64,000 nt of DNA from Histomonas meleagridis 2922-C6/04-290x (GCA_020184695.1 JAANOX010000256.1:186001-250000), one strand, 5' to 3'; shown: positions 13,408 to 24,449, counted from the stretch's first letter. A program made the numbers and translations. The notes: generated from the sequence alone by a model not told the origin.

Positions 13408-15453
13408 TTAAATCCATTGGTCCTCATCTTCCGTTATCAATTTATTAAATTCATTGTCCACTTCTTCGTGATTTCCTCCCGTATTCGATGACGTATTATT
13501 ATTTACATTTGACAACGATTTTGTTTTCGTTGTTTGTTTCTTATTTCTCTTCAACATAAATATTACGATTCCGACAATTATCAAAACTATCACAATAGCG
13601 CCGCATATAATACCAATTAACAATTCATTTGATATCGAATTATCTTTTGGAGTAACATCAGTGACAACTAATGTATAAAAGTCAGAATAATAACTATAAT
13701 AAGACGAATAATATATAACAGTGTAATCGTAATAAATGACATTTGTCGATATATAACTATAAGTGGATTCAAATGTTAACAATGAAATTGTATTTATGTA
13801 TTTACTATAAAATGTAATCGAAAGTGTAATAGATAATGACTGAGTTAAAGTGAATGAATGTGTTAAAGTTAAAGTTACATCCGATGGAAGTGATTTAGTG
13901 AACGTATCACTTTGTGTGAATGTGAATGTGCGTGTTGGCGGGAGACATTCGTCAAGTGTTGTTCCCTTAGTAATTTCCATATTTCCAAATGTTTCATTTT
14001 GATATGTTTCTATTGTCATAACTCTTGTCGCATTTATATTAACAAATGCATCATTTTGGATTTTTGGTGAATTTTCTCCATTAAAATGAATACATTGAAG
14101 TGATGTACAATTAGTAAATGCACATGAATTAATATATTCAACATTTTCATCAATAAAAATTCTTTCTAAATTATTACAATAAGCAAAAGCATAATTCATA
14201 ATAGAAATGACTGAATTAGGAATTGTAAATGTTTTACTTTTCATATTTGGATAACTAATAATTTGTGTAATTTCTTTATTATATAAAACCCCATCGTTTT
14301 CATAATTCGAATATTTAAAATTTTCTTCTGAAACATTAATAAATTGAAGATTTGTACATTCTAAAAATGGATTCCCAATCGAAGTAACTGAACTTGGTAT
14401 ATAAATATTCACAAGGCTTGTACATCCTCTGAATGCATCTGAGTCAATATTTCGGACGCCTTCATATAATGTTATCGTTTCAAGTCCTGTACATTGATAA
14501 AATGCTTTACCACTAATGCTATTACAACGGATTGTAATGTTATTTAATGAAATACATTCTGCAAATGCACCACCTCCAATTCCACTCATTAATTTATCTG
14601 GAAATTGGACATATTTTAATTGTTTACATGATGCAAATGCTCCACTACCGATATTTTCAACTGTTTCTCCAATTATTACTGTTGTTAACAAAGGCCATTC
14701 TCTGAATGCATCACTTTCAAGCTCCCCAACATCAATAATTATAACACGTTCTGTATCATTCATATAATCATTTGAATAATCATTGAAATCAGATATTGTG
14801 AGTGTTTTTGTCTCTTCGTCATATGATTGCTTTGTATTAACAAAAAATATAATCATTAAAATCAGAATAACTTCGTTTTTTTGATGAATGATTTTCTGAT
14901 TAAAATAAATTTTGGATAAGAAAGTAAATACGAAAAATATAAATACGAACAAAGTTATATTTGAATATATAGAATTAATTAATGCAATAAATATCTTTGG
15001 TAGATTTTTCAGAATATTATTGCTGCAATTCATTGATAAATTACATTGGAAACTTTCATTAAAATGATATATATTATGTAGGATATGAAAGATTGCAGTT
15101 ATTTTGGAATAAAAATACGAAATTATTAAATTTGAAGAAACGAAATGCTTAGAACCTATTCTGTTGTTATTTAGAGAATTGTTGAGTGAAACGCATTGCA
15201 GTAAATGATTTATGTTGTTTGCTGTTTGAATTTTTTGTAAAAATATTTTACTCTTTATGTGTTCTCTCTTGTTACTTGGCATGTAATGAATGCTTTTGTT
15301 ATGTACATGCTTGTTCATTGTTTTATTTTCAGTAAGAGAATCAAAATTATATTTATTTGAAATAAAAACATGTTTGTCGAAATTTATGAGGAGGATGAAA
15401 GTGCCAATGTGAATCAATGTTATCATTAATTGAGAATGGACATTATATTTCAT
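13408..15453 (-). CDS. BspA-like leucine-rich-repeat surface protein with Ser/Thr stalk, TM and acidic tail
   Basis: TpLRR repeats (VIIGETVENIGSGAFASCKQL, IPSSVTSIGNPFLECTNL), TFTFTQSDTFT stalk, TM LLIGIICGAIVIVLIIVGIVIFML, tail ending EDEDQWI. Start uncertain: first in-frame ATG at 15453, or ATG 14856 (MIIFFV). Confidence 0.88.
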   Translation of the reverse strand: MKYNVHSQLMITLIHIGTFILLINFDKHVFISNKYNFDSLTENKTMNKHVHNKSIHYMPSNKREHIKSKIFLQKIQTANNINHLLQCVSLNNSLNNNRIGSKHFVSSNLIISYFYSKITAIFHILHNIYHFNESFQCNLSMNCSNNILKNLPKIFIALINSIYSNITLFVFIFFVFTFLSKIYFNQKIIHQKNEVILILMIIFFVNTKQSYDEETKTLTISDFNDYSNDYMNDTERVIIIDVGELESDAFREWPLLTTVIIGETVENIGSGAFASCKQLKYVQFPDKLMSGIGGGAFAECISLNNITIRCNSISGKAFYQCTGLETITLYEGVRNIDSDAFRGCTSLVNIYIPSSVTSIGNPFLECTNLQFINVSEENFKYSNYENDGVLYNKEITQIISYPNMKSKTFTIPNSVISIMNYAFAYCNNLERIFIDENVEYINSCAFTNCTSLQCIHFNGENSPKIQNDAFVNINATRVMTIETYQNETFGNMEITKGTTLDECLPPTRTFTFTQSDTFTKSLPSDVTLTLTHSFTLTQSLSITLSITFYSKYINTISLLTFESTYSYISTNVIYYDYTVIYYSSYYSYYSDFYTLVVTDVTPKDNSISNELLIGIICGAIVIVLIIVGIVIFMLKRNKKQTTKTKSLSNVNNNTSSNTGGNHEEVDNEFNKLITEDEDQWI

Positions 15454-15780
15454 CGATTTGGTATATGCGTTTACAATATAAATCTGCTTTGGTTGTAACG
15501 ACAAACCTTCAATTTTTCATTAGAAATGTGTGTAACAACTGTTGTTCAATGTGACATGTGATTTTTAATCGAAATTATTTTGGATGCCAAGGTGCTCACA
15601 TGAAGCATTAGGTGACATGAAAATATCTCATTTACTTGACATTTGAATGGGATTTAAGGGAAAACGACAAAAAACAACCAACTTTTTATGAAAAGAAAGT
15701 TTCAATTGAATGGTCATTCAACTTTTGTGTGTTCATGTCAAAATAGTATAATTTTGAAATAATGGGGGAATGATGATTAA

Positions 15781-16038
15781 TCATAATAAGAAATTTATAC
15801 TTATACAAATGTTTTTTTTACCAGTTGCAAATGGATCATCTTCAACATAGCTCGTACTGTTGATTTGGTTTTGAATGAACTCGTTCTGGCTTAAATTTAA
15901 CGGTCTATTGTCTAAACGGTCGTTCGGCACCGAATAAAACGAAATAATCTCGTTGTTCATATTGTTTTGATTTTTAGAAAATATATAACAAAGATTAATA
16001 ATAACAGTAAATAATATTCTTATCTCTTTATAAAACAA
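15781..16038 (-). pseudogene. Relic of a TM plus cytoplasmic tail of the BspA-type membrane protein family
   Basis: Hydrophobic ILFTVIINLCYIF followed by an Asn-rich stretch and VEDDPFA, resembling the EEDPFA tails at 35.6, 47.3 and 60.9 kb. Confidence 0.4.
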
Positions 16039-16825
16039 AAACTTTTATTTAAAGATTTGACAACTAAAAATAAAACAAATATATCTTCATATAAAATAGG
16101 TTTACGCATGTGATGATAGGTGTTTTATATATTCCATTATATATTATATCTGATATTAAAAATAATCAAAATTTTATAAAAGAATTATTGACTTTCTAGA
16201 AGTGAGAAAAATATTTTGCATTTTTTTGATAGTGAAAGGTTTACGTGCAGGCTGCAAAGCAAGGTGTCCCGCTAGCAAAATTAAACACCCAAATTTGAAA
16301 AGCTTACAACACAAAATAAGGGCAGGTGTATTTTGTATAAATAAATTGTTTTTGAGGAACAAAGATTCACTTTTGCACGCGTCACTTTTTAGAATATTTG
16401 GTTTTGCACAATGTATAAGAGCAATTGCAATGAGCTGTAAATTGACTCGTTTTTTATGATCTTCCAACCTAACTTGAATTCCCAATCGCTTTGGGTTCCA
16501 GACTCATTATACGCACATTTTTGAATAGTTTATTGGAATCAGGAACTGAAATTTAATGGTACCGATCATTTTTAATACAAAAAAATGAAAATATAAATAT
16601 AAATATCTCTATTTATAATTGGTTACGGAATAAAAAAAGATATATATTATGAAATACATCATAATTATATAACATGTTATTTAATTATGAATAAAATATT
16701 TAAAATTCATAAGAAAATTATAATCTCTTCAAAACACAAAATTTTGGATTTAAAAAATTGAATATAAAACGTTCATCCATATCAAATAAAGCCAATTTGC
16801 TAACATACTTTGTCAAATCTAAAAA

Positions 16826-17590
16826 ATGTCTGAAGAAAACAAATCTGATTCTTCAAGCTCATCGCCTGAAGAGAAATTGCTGAAAATGATCATGTTAGGT
16901 GATCTTGAAGATTATCCTATTATAAAAGAAACAAAACCAAATCACACATCTCCAAATGACAAAAATTCTTCAAGTGGATCGTATGATGAACCATTCAAAA
17001 TACTAGGTGATGATTCATCTGATGATCAAGCAAAACATTCAAAAGAAAAAAGGAAACAAAATAGCAAAAAACCTTCTGCCATCTATGATGAAGATGACTA
17101 TGACTATGATGATGACGATTTAATAGGTATTTCACCTAGGAAACCAATATTACCAACCAGACCGAAAAAAGATCAATTCATTGAACGCCGAAGGCCAGTG
17201 GACGACGATTATTTTGACATTGGCCCTCGGAGAAAGAGAGTGGGTGGTATGGATTATGGGATAAGAAGAATAGGTGGCGAAAGATTGCCCAGAATGGGAG
17301 GCATGGATAGAATGGGCATGGATAGAATGGGAGACATGGATATGTTCATGGGAATGAGCGGAATGCGAGATACTAGATTTCCAAGAATGGGTCCGATTTC
17401 AACATTCAAACACGGACCTGCCAAGAGAGACTTAGATGAGGACGATGAAGGGTTCCTAGCTGTGATGAAAAAGAAGGAGAGGAAGCCAACTCCAATTGAT
17501 GAAATTATTCCATTTTATGATGTTGACTCTGTCAGCTCTATGTCATTTGCAAAAGAACTTGAAGAATCACCACTATTAGTACTTTACTGA
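16826..17590 (+). CDS. Hypothetical low-complexity protein (Asp/Ser-rich, Met-Gly-Arg repeats)
   Basis: ATG-initiated 254-aa ORF with coding-like composition; RMGGMDRMGMDRMGDMDM segment; no family recognised. Confidence 0.75.
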   Translation: MSEENKSDSSSSSPEEKLLKMIMLGDLEDYPIIKETKPNHTSPNDKNSSSGSYDEPFKILGDDSSDDQAKHSKEKRKQNSKKPSAIYDEDDYDYDDDDLIGISPRKPILPTRPKKDQFIERRRPVDDDYFDIGPRRKRVGGMDYGIRRIGGERLPRMGGMDRMGMDRMGDMDMFMGMSGMRDTRFPRMGPISTFKHGPAKRDLDEDDEGFLAVMKKKERKPTPIDEIIPFYDVDSVSSMSFAKELEESPLLVLY

Positions 17591-18093
17591 CTAAACGCCT
17601 TCTAACTCAATATACAATTTAACGAGGTGAAAATCGTTTCAATAAGTTCTTCTGAGAATTGTTTTATATAATACTATTGAATTCAAAGCTTATTATTAAT
17701 GAAAAGTTCTATGTTACCTAATAAAGATGCATAGTTAAGTGCTGTTCGACATAGTTTACATAAATTCATTTGCATTTAACATAAATTCCTTCTGTTTTTA
17801 AGATCTAATTGAACTATTTGATTTTTTTTTTTTTTTTTAGTGCCCTAATGAATGCTGTCCGAAATAGTATAAATAATTTTTAAATATTATTTTGTAATCC
17901 AAAATTATGAAAATAAATAAAAACCAAATTAAACAAAAAATTATTTTTAGCATTAATATCAATTTATTTTTACGAATATCTTAATAACGCATTATATACA
18001 ATCATTAATAATAATATTATTATTTATCAATATATAATCATTAATCATTCTATATATTTTATAAAGATGAAAAACAAAAATAAAATATTTAAA

Positions 18094-19212
18094 TTATTCA
18101 TCAAGTAGAGTGAAGAAATATTCTGTTTCTAATTGTGCATCTTCTTCTAAATCTGTACAATGCACAGCATTTAAAATCAAATCTGTTCCGAACAAAGCTC
18201 TTAAGCTATTTTTTCTTATTTGCTTTGCCACATTTGGATCTCTTGGTCCGCATAATTCCCTAAATGCATTAAAGTCACCATTAACTTCTAATGCCAAACA
18301 AGTACCAGAAGACAATTGCTTTACCATATCTGGATAATCCTTTACAACTCCTCTATAAACTTCAAGAAATTCTTCAGCAGTTATAATATCCAAATTAGCT
18401 GTCATTGCACCTGTTATCTTAAAACCTTCTTCTAATATTTTATTTATTATTTTACCAGCAAGTCGCTCTTTCATTGCATGTGGCTTAATAATACATAACG
18501 TGCAATTGTCAGTATTACTAACTAAATCAACTGAATGTTGTCCAAATATGAGATTGAGCTCCCGTTGGGCAGATTCTGGTGAATCAGATCCATGTGCAAA
18601 GTTTTCGGTGGTATTACGAGCATACTTTGCACGAAGTGAATTTGGTGATTCACGTTTGGCAGTCTCAAGATTGGTTGGACCTATGAGTTGACGCCATAAA
18701 CTTATTGCATTATTTCCAGTAAGTTCCATTGCAACAATTGGTCCACTGGTAATATAATTAATTAATGTGTTATAAAATGATTTACCTTGATGTTCAGCAT
18801 AAAATGTAGAAGCTGTTTGAATAGAGATTGTACCAAAACGTAATTTAGTGACAATTAATCCTGATTGATAAATTCGATCTAGAGCATCACCAAGATGTTG
18901 ATGGAACCCTGGTTTTAGCATAGCATAAGTAGATTGCATTTTTTGTGAAAATGCTTCTTTAGTTGAAGCACTGGCATAATCAATAATTTCATATTGACGT
19001 CCATTTATAAGGATTTTATTTCCTATAAAAAGATCTTTGAGTTCAATCCCGTGGTTTCCAAACCTTTTTAGGAAAGGTCTTCTATTTCTTATATCATATA
19101 TTTCAATTTCATTTTTATCTGTATGATATGTTAGCAAGTAAGGCCTTACCAGTTCTGCCATTTCATCATAAAATTCGATTTTAAATGAATAACTGGGAAA
19201 AACAGAATTCAT
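18094..19212 (-). CDS. NME7: Nucleoside diphosphate kinase 7 (DM10 domain plus two NDK domains)
   Basis: N-terminal DM10-like YSFKIEFYDEMA...LKDLFIGNKILINGRQ; NDK-A NFAHGSDS; NDK-B NAVHCTD. Start at MNSVF (ATG 19212). Confidence 0.93.
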   Translation of the reverse strand: MNSVFPSYSFKIEFYDEMAELVRPYLLTYHTDKNEIEIYDIRNRRPFLKRFGNHGIELKDLFIGNKILINGRQYEIIDYASASTKEAFSQKMQSTYAMLKPGFHQHLGDALDRIYQSGLIVTKLRFGTISIQTASTFYAEHQGKSFYNTLINYITSGPIVAMELTGNNAISLWRQLIGPTNLETAKRESPNSLRAKYARNTTENFAHGSDSPESAQRELNLIFGQHSVDLVSNTDNCTLCIIKPHAMKERLAGKIINKILEEGFKITGAMTANLDIITAEEFLEVYRGVVKDYPDMVKQLSSGTCLALEVNGDFNAFRELCGPRDPNVAKQIRKNSLRALFGTDLILNAVHCTDLEEDAQLETEYFFTLLDE

Positions 19213-19949
19213 TAATAATAACGTACTTTTTCTCAGCAAGAAATATGACCGTTTAAGTGATGGATTGAAGTTTTGCTCAAAAACATGGGAAAAAAACTCA
19301 TTTTTTATTGTTATGAATCATTACGCATGAGCTTTTATTAAAATCTATGATAAAATTTGATTATTAAAATTTAGAATTAGTAATGTTTCAAAAAGTGTGG
19401 AAGAAAGAAAGAAATATTGATATCCTAGTTAAAAATACATTTAAATTTTGAAAGATGGTTTAATCCAAAACAAATTGCTTTTGATTTAGTTAAAAAAGAA
19501 AAAAAGCAAATTTGTTGATCCTATCGTTTACGTTTTGTTTTAAATGACTACCCTTTAACGGGCATTTTTTTCACAAAAAAAGTGGCAAATAACCAATATT
19601 CAAACGATATTTTGGCGTAATTGCACAAATTTTTAACTCCCAATTCAATATGATGTATTCAAAAAGTTTCACCGTTCACCGGAACTGCTCCATCCAACCC
19701 CCAATGAAAATCATCCAGTAATTTATTTTTTTCTAGCATATCATTTCATTTCCACGCATTCACATTAATTCTCTTATCAAATATGTGATTCATATTTTAA
19801 ATTTTTTCTTAGATCTCGCTTGAAACCCAGACAAAAGAATAATTTAGTTTAACGTATTTGCACGGTTTTTTGTTTCAATTGTGTCAAAATTAAGCCGTTT
19901 GTGGAAAATCTGTTAGTGTAATACATTGAAAAACTTGGTCTTTGTTTTT

Positions 19950-19954
19950 TCATT
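19950..19954 (+). promoter_or_regulatory. Initiator (Inr) element TCATT
   Basis: Matches the trichomonad Inr consensus TCAYW, 8 nt before ATG 19963. Confidence 0.6.
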
Positions 19955-19962
19955 CGGCAATT

Positions 19963-22728
19963 ATGATCCCGCTTGTTTCTATTTTCCTTGTTACAAGCCT
20001 ATCTTATGATATGGATTCAAGCCCACAATCTATTCGCGGTGGTGCTTATGATTGGGCCTATGGTTTAGGCGCAATGCGTGGTGCTTGGAAATCATTTCAT
20101 TTTGATTCTATTTCTTTTAATGACAAAGATATTAACCTCAAACCTTTACTAACTACATATGCTGATCAAATTGCTTCAGCAATAAATATAACACAACTTC
20201 TTCAAGATCTTTCAAAACAACTTTCAGGTACAGATTCAGATACAAGTTCAAACAAAACACAAGAAATGGAAACTGTAGAACAAATCGGAACAGAACCAGT
20301 TAGCTATTCAGATATTTGTCAAAATCCACAAGGAAATATTAAACTTTTTTGCTCTTTATTTGGAAGCATTAACCCTTATGATATAGGTTATACAGAAGAA
20401 TCATTCAATGAATTGTTAGGATCCGTATTTTCATCAGTTGTTGTTGTCACAATGTTAGTTGTTTTCTTCATAATATCTCTTCTTTATTTCATTTCTGGTC
20501 TCTGTATTGCATGCTGTTGCTGTCCTAAAGAGAGTACCAAACCAAATATTATATCGATAATTTTTTATATAGCAGGAGCAGCAGCTATGCTTTTTGGTGC
20601 AATTTTCATGACTGTTGGCTATTGTATGCCAAGAGAATTTATTAACAATGCACCTGAAATTCCAGATATTGTCAAAGAAACATATGATAATTTTTATGAC
20701 CTAACAACATCTTTAGAAACAGTGATTCCCAAATACATTTCGCCAGATGTCAATAGCATTGACAATGGCCTTACATTGTTTTTCAATAATGCGACAAATA
20801 TATTTGATGCTTTAATGTTCACTGTTGATACTGTCTTAAATTATATTACAGGCGCAGAAGGCGCATTTGCTCTTGCCGAAAAGCTTGAACAAGAGATTAT
20901 TGTTTTCAATAATTTATATTCCGAAATTGTCCTCAATGTTTATAATCGATGTAATGGTGGATCTGAAGGCCAAAACATACCAATTGCCGAAGAACTTGAA
21001 AAGTATAATCCAGCAATTTTATTCAATGAAACAATGTCAGTGTTTATTGACCAAAAAAATAAATACACAGAAGTAATTGAAGACATTGAAGGATACAAAC
21101 ATATACCGTCCAATCTTACAGATGCCATTCGTCCCATTATTGATGATTTAGAAAGTATTGTATTGAATCCCAACTTTACTTTTAAGACTACATTTAGTGA
21201 CATGAGTAAAGAATGGGACACAAATGGTGAAAAACGTAAATCATTCAATGAAAACTTTTTACCAATTACAGATTATTTCAAATTCTATTGGATATTAATT
21301 GTTATCTTTGTCTTATTGTTTGCATGGATCGCAATATGGACAGCTTCATTCTTTACAAAGTGTTGTTGTTCACGATGCAATGGCTGTTGCCCATGTTTCC
21401 CGCAATGTTTATGTAATTTCTTCTTATTAATATTTGGTGCAGTAGCTTCAGTCTTGTGTTATGTTATAGTTGTTGTAGCGAATACATTTGTTAATGATAC
21501 TGATTATTCCATTAATTATCTTTATGATCAATTAATACCAAATCGAGAATTAACAATACCATCAATTAATTTATCATCAACAACAGAAGGTTTAATTAAT
21601 GAAATCACATTTGATACAATTGAATTTCCTAAATCAGAAATCAAAATCCTTGATACATTATTTAATGCTGAGACAACTACATCAATATTAAATGCATTTA
21701 GTTTAGACCAATTAATACCATTCCAACAAATCGCACAATCATTACAAGGAGGACTTACTGAAGCAATAGAACAATTAAAGGTACCACAAGTCTTAGATGA
21801 CTTAATTGACCAAGCAGTCACATTAATTAATGATGAATCAATATTACCATCGACATTTTCAACATTCATTGGTGAGGACTCTTATACATCAGCAATATCA
21901 GCAGCCAAGTCAGGCATCTCCGGATTTATTACAAGTAATGACGGTACACAATGTGGAGTTACAACAGCAGAGAAACAAAAATTAAATAGCCAACTTGATA
22001 CATTTTCAACTATTTTGAAGCAAATCGAAACTCTATATAACTTAGGTGTTAGTTATGTCCACACGAACTTGACATCTAAGTTACGTATTACTCCAAGTGA
22101 ATTAATTGACTCAGTTAAACCATTTTTGACTACAGCATCAACATCATTAACGAGTATGATATCGAATGTCTCACTAATGTTATCAGATGTAAGCGCGCGG
22201 TCAATCATAGGACCATTAAATGTCATCCGCTCCTCGATCTTAGTGCCCGTCGCAGGACTGGTGACATATTTCTCCATCGGCGCGCACTTGTACATGATCG
22301 GGCTCTTCATATGCGCATTGCTACTTATGATCAGGCACCGCGGCATGAAGCCTGGCAGTGATTCATATTATTCATCAACATCGACGTCATCTTATTCAAC
22401 GACTTATGTTTCGTCAGCAAATTGCAGTTTCTCTTCATCGTCAGAAATGAAAACAATTGACGTGAACTCGATACGTAATTCAGCGCGGCCAAACAGTAAC
22501 ATCAATGGCTATGGAATGGACAACAACGAGACAACAAATGACAAAACGTTCTCCGAAGACGAATATTCGATATCTGTCGGTAATGATAATAACAATGAAG
22601 TGATGGCTTCGTATAACCCTCCGGTGTCAAATTATTCCGAACAAAACCCATACCAAGACTTCGCGCCAGACATAAACCAGGACAACTTCAACCCGTACGA
22701 GCTGCAGGACTCTGATTCTGACATTTAA
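19963..22728 (+). CDS. Prominin-like five-TM membrane protein
   Basis: Signal peptide MIPLVSIFLVTSLS; TM1, Cys-rich loop (CIACCCCP), TM2, large loop, TM3, Cys-rich loop (KCCCSRCNGCCPCFPQC), TM4, large loop, TM5, Ser/Asn-rich tail. Family call rests on topology only. Confidence 0.6.
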   Translation: MIPLVSIFLVTSLSYDMDSSPQSIRGGAYDWAYGLGAMRGAWKSFHFDSISFNDKDINLKPLLTTYADQIASAINITQLLQDLSKQLSGTDSDTSSNKTQEMETVEQIGTEPVSYSDICQNPQGNIKLFCSLFGSINPYDIGYTEESFNELLGSVFSSVVVVTMLVVFFIISLLYFISGLCIACCCCPKESTKPNIISIIFYIAGAAAMLFGAIFMTVGYCMPREFINNAPEIPDIVKETYDNFYDLTTSLETVIPKYISPDVNSIDNGLTLFFNNATNIFDALMFTVDTVLNYITGAEGAFALAEKLEQEIIVFNNLYSEIVLNVYNRCNGGSEGQNIPIAEELEKYNPAILFNETMSVFIDQKNKYTEVIEDIEGYKHIPSNLTDAIRPIIDDLESIVLNPNFTFKTTFSDMSKEWDTNGEKRKSFNENFLPITDYFKFYWILIVIFVLLFAWIAIWTASFFTKCCCSRCNGCCPCFPQCLCNFFLLIFGAVASVLCYVIVVVANTFVNDTDYSINYLYDQLIPNRELTIPSINLSSTTEGLINEITFDTIEFPKSEIKILDTLFNAETTTSILNAFSLDQLIPFQQIAQSLQGGLTEAIEQLKVPQVLDDLIDQAVTLINDESILPSTFSTFIGEDSYTSAISAAKSGISGFITSNDGTQCGVTTAEKQKLNSQLDTFSTILKQIETLYNLGVSYVHTNLTSKLRITPSELIDSVKPFLTTASTSLTSMISNVSLMLSDVSARSIIGPLNVIRSSILVPVAGLVTYFSIGAHLYMIGLFICALLLMIRHRGMKPGSDSYYSSTSTSSYSTTYVSSANCSFSSSSEMKTIDVNSIRNSARPNSNINGYGMDNNETTNDKTFSEDEYSISVGNDNNNEVMASYNPPVSNYSEQNPYQDFAPDINQDNFNPYELQDSDSDI

Positions 22729-23445
22729 ATGTTGTTAAAACCGCTAAATAAGTAAAATTAAACGATAAAATGTGTAATTGTCTCTTGTATAATAACGATC
22801 GTTTATACTTCAGTGTTTATCAAAATGGATGACTTCTTTTGATCGTTTTTGACAGAAATGCCATTCAAAAAGTCGGCGCATTTGGGGCTTCGCTCGGCCA
22901 AACAGTGCGGCCATGTAAACTGTGAAAAACTTCGATGTGTTTAAACACATCAGATCGTATTGTGAATTTTACAGTTTGTTTTGATCGCGTTTTTTATTTC
23001 GGAAAAAATGAACAACCGTGAAATGAATGTTGTTTGATCGTCTGACGACGTTGTCCTTTTGTGTCTTTTTGCCAAAGTGTGCTTTGAATCATGTTTGATC
23101 GTCAATGAAGTTATTTTTCATCGGCGGCCGAAACGTTGGTCGGTGAATGCGTTCAAAAAGCCGAAGAATGATCACAAATTTTTCTGGGTTGAAATCAAAT
23201 TATTGGGATATATGCTTGATAAATGGTTCGATAAATTGCAGTAAAATATGAAACAATATGTGTTGATAATATGCACAGGATATTTCGAATGGTTTGAGAG
23301 TATAAAAATTGAGGTTTTATGGAATTATTCGAAATAATGTGGGAACTTACAAGGGCTTTTGACATTCAAAAAAATGGTATCACAAATTTCTGTGAATTGT
23401 GTTCTCAAAATTTCTGTTCAAAAAAAAGCTGTCCTGATAACATTA

Positions 23446-23453
23446 TCATTTTT
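23446..23453 (+). promoter_or_regulatory. Inr element TCATTTTT
   Basis: Canonical Inr immediately before in-frame ATG 23455. Confidence 0.6.
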
Positions 23454-23454
23454 A

Positions 23455-24216
23455 ATGTATCAAATGTTTGAAGCAAACCAAATGAGATCTAACAACTATT
23501 TGTTGGAACCAAGACCTGATATTACTTCAGTGAACATTCCTAATTCACAAATTAAAATATTTAAACATCCATTAAACATAATAAAAAAGAAAAACTTACT
23601 ACCTGATATATTTACAACTTTCCCACAATTAAGACAATTCCAGCCAATTTTACTTATGGAAAAGATAACAAATATTTCTATTCAAAATAAATTTGATCCT
23701 GAAAAAACACCAATTCATCCCGCAAGAATTGGGTTTTTGCCTAAAGGTGATTGGCCAGATAAATTTTATACACTGGTGGAATTAAAACAAAAATTTTTTG
23801 CTAAAAGAAATGGGGCAGTTCGACAGTTCGCTTATAAGCTATATAACGCTCTAAAGATTACTCAGGAATACCCAGATGCATATAAATATGTTGGCGCAAT
23901 TTGGATAACAGATGATATTATGAAGATCGAAGCAAATATTTTCTCGCATTTGTTAGGTATTAGCTGTGTTCAAGGAGGTCTATTTCACAAGCAAGGTAAC
24001 TTTACAAGACATGGATTCGAAAATGTATTAAAAAATAGTTCTTTGTCATTGATGAGAAATCCAGATTGTGCAGACGTTGATGACTATAACGTAAGGCTAT
24101 TTCGAGAAAATCCTCAAAATGAAAAAAGAAATGAATCTTTTCACTTCGTGCGTGAAAGCAACAATAGTAATAGAATATCATCGGATAATCAAATCCAGCT
24201 TTATCCTAATCAGTAA
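23455..24216 (+). CDS. Initiator-binding-domain (IBD, IBP39-family) DNA-binding protein
   Basis: FAYKLYNALKITQEYPDAYKYVGAIWITDDIMKIEANIFSHLLGI...GGLFHKQGNFTRHGF fits the trichomonad IBD winged-helix pattern. Confidence 0.85.
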   Translation: MYQMFEANQMRSNNYLLEPRPDITSVNIPNSQIKIFKHPLNIIKKKNLLPDIFTTFPQLRQFQPILLMEKITNISIQNKFDPEKTPIHPARIGFLPKGDWPDKFYTLVELKQKFFAKRNGAVRQFAYKLYNALKITQEYPDAYKYVGAIWITDDIMKIEANIFSHLLGISCVQGGLFHKQGNFTRHGFENVLKNSSLSLMRNPDCADVDDYNVRLFRENPQNEKRNESFHFVRESNNSNRISSDNQIQLYPNQ

Positions 24217-24449
24217 ATCAATATATAAATAGATTGATAAATACACTTGATTTAATCAAGTAGATAAAAGAAATAAAAGGCCACTTTATAAAAAGGTTTT
24301 ACAAGAATAATTGATTTTGTATTTTGCACTATCTCGTCGAATTGGACGATTTAGATAAAAATAAGCTTTTCCAAAAAACGTTCCGAATTATAATAAACGT
24401 TCAAAAAAAATTTGTATATTTTACAACGCACTTTTATTATCAAACAGTT

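Noticed and set aside
19221-19226. GTACGT (trichomonad 5' splice-site consensus) on the minus strand upstream of NME7
   Set aside because: No ACTAAC-type branch/3' motif follows, and the downstream ATG already gives an N-terminus of normal NME7 length.
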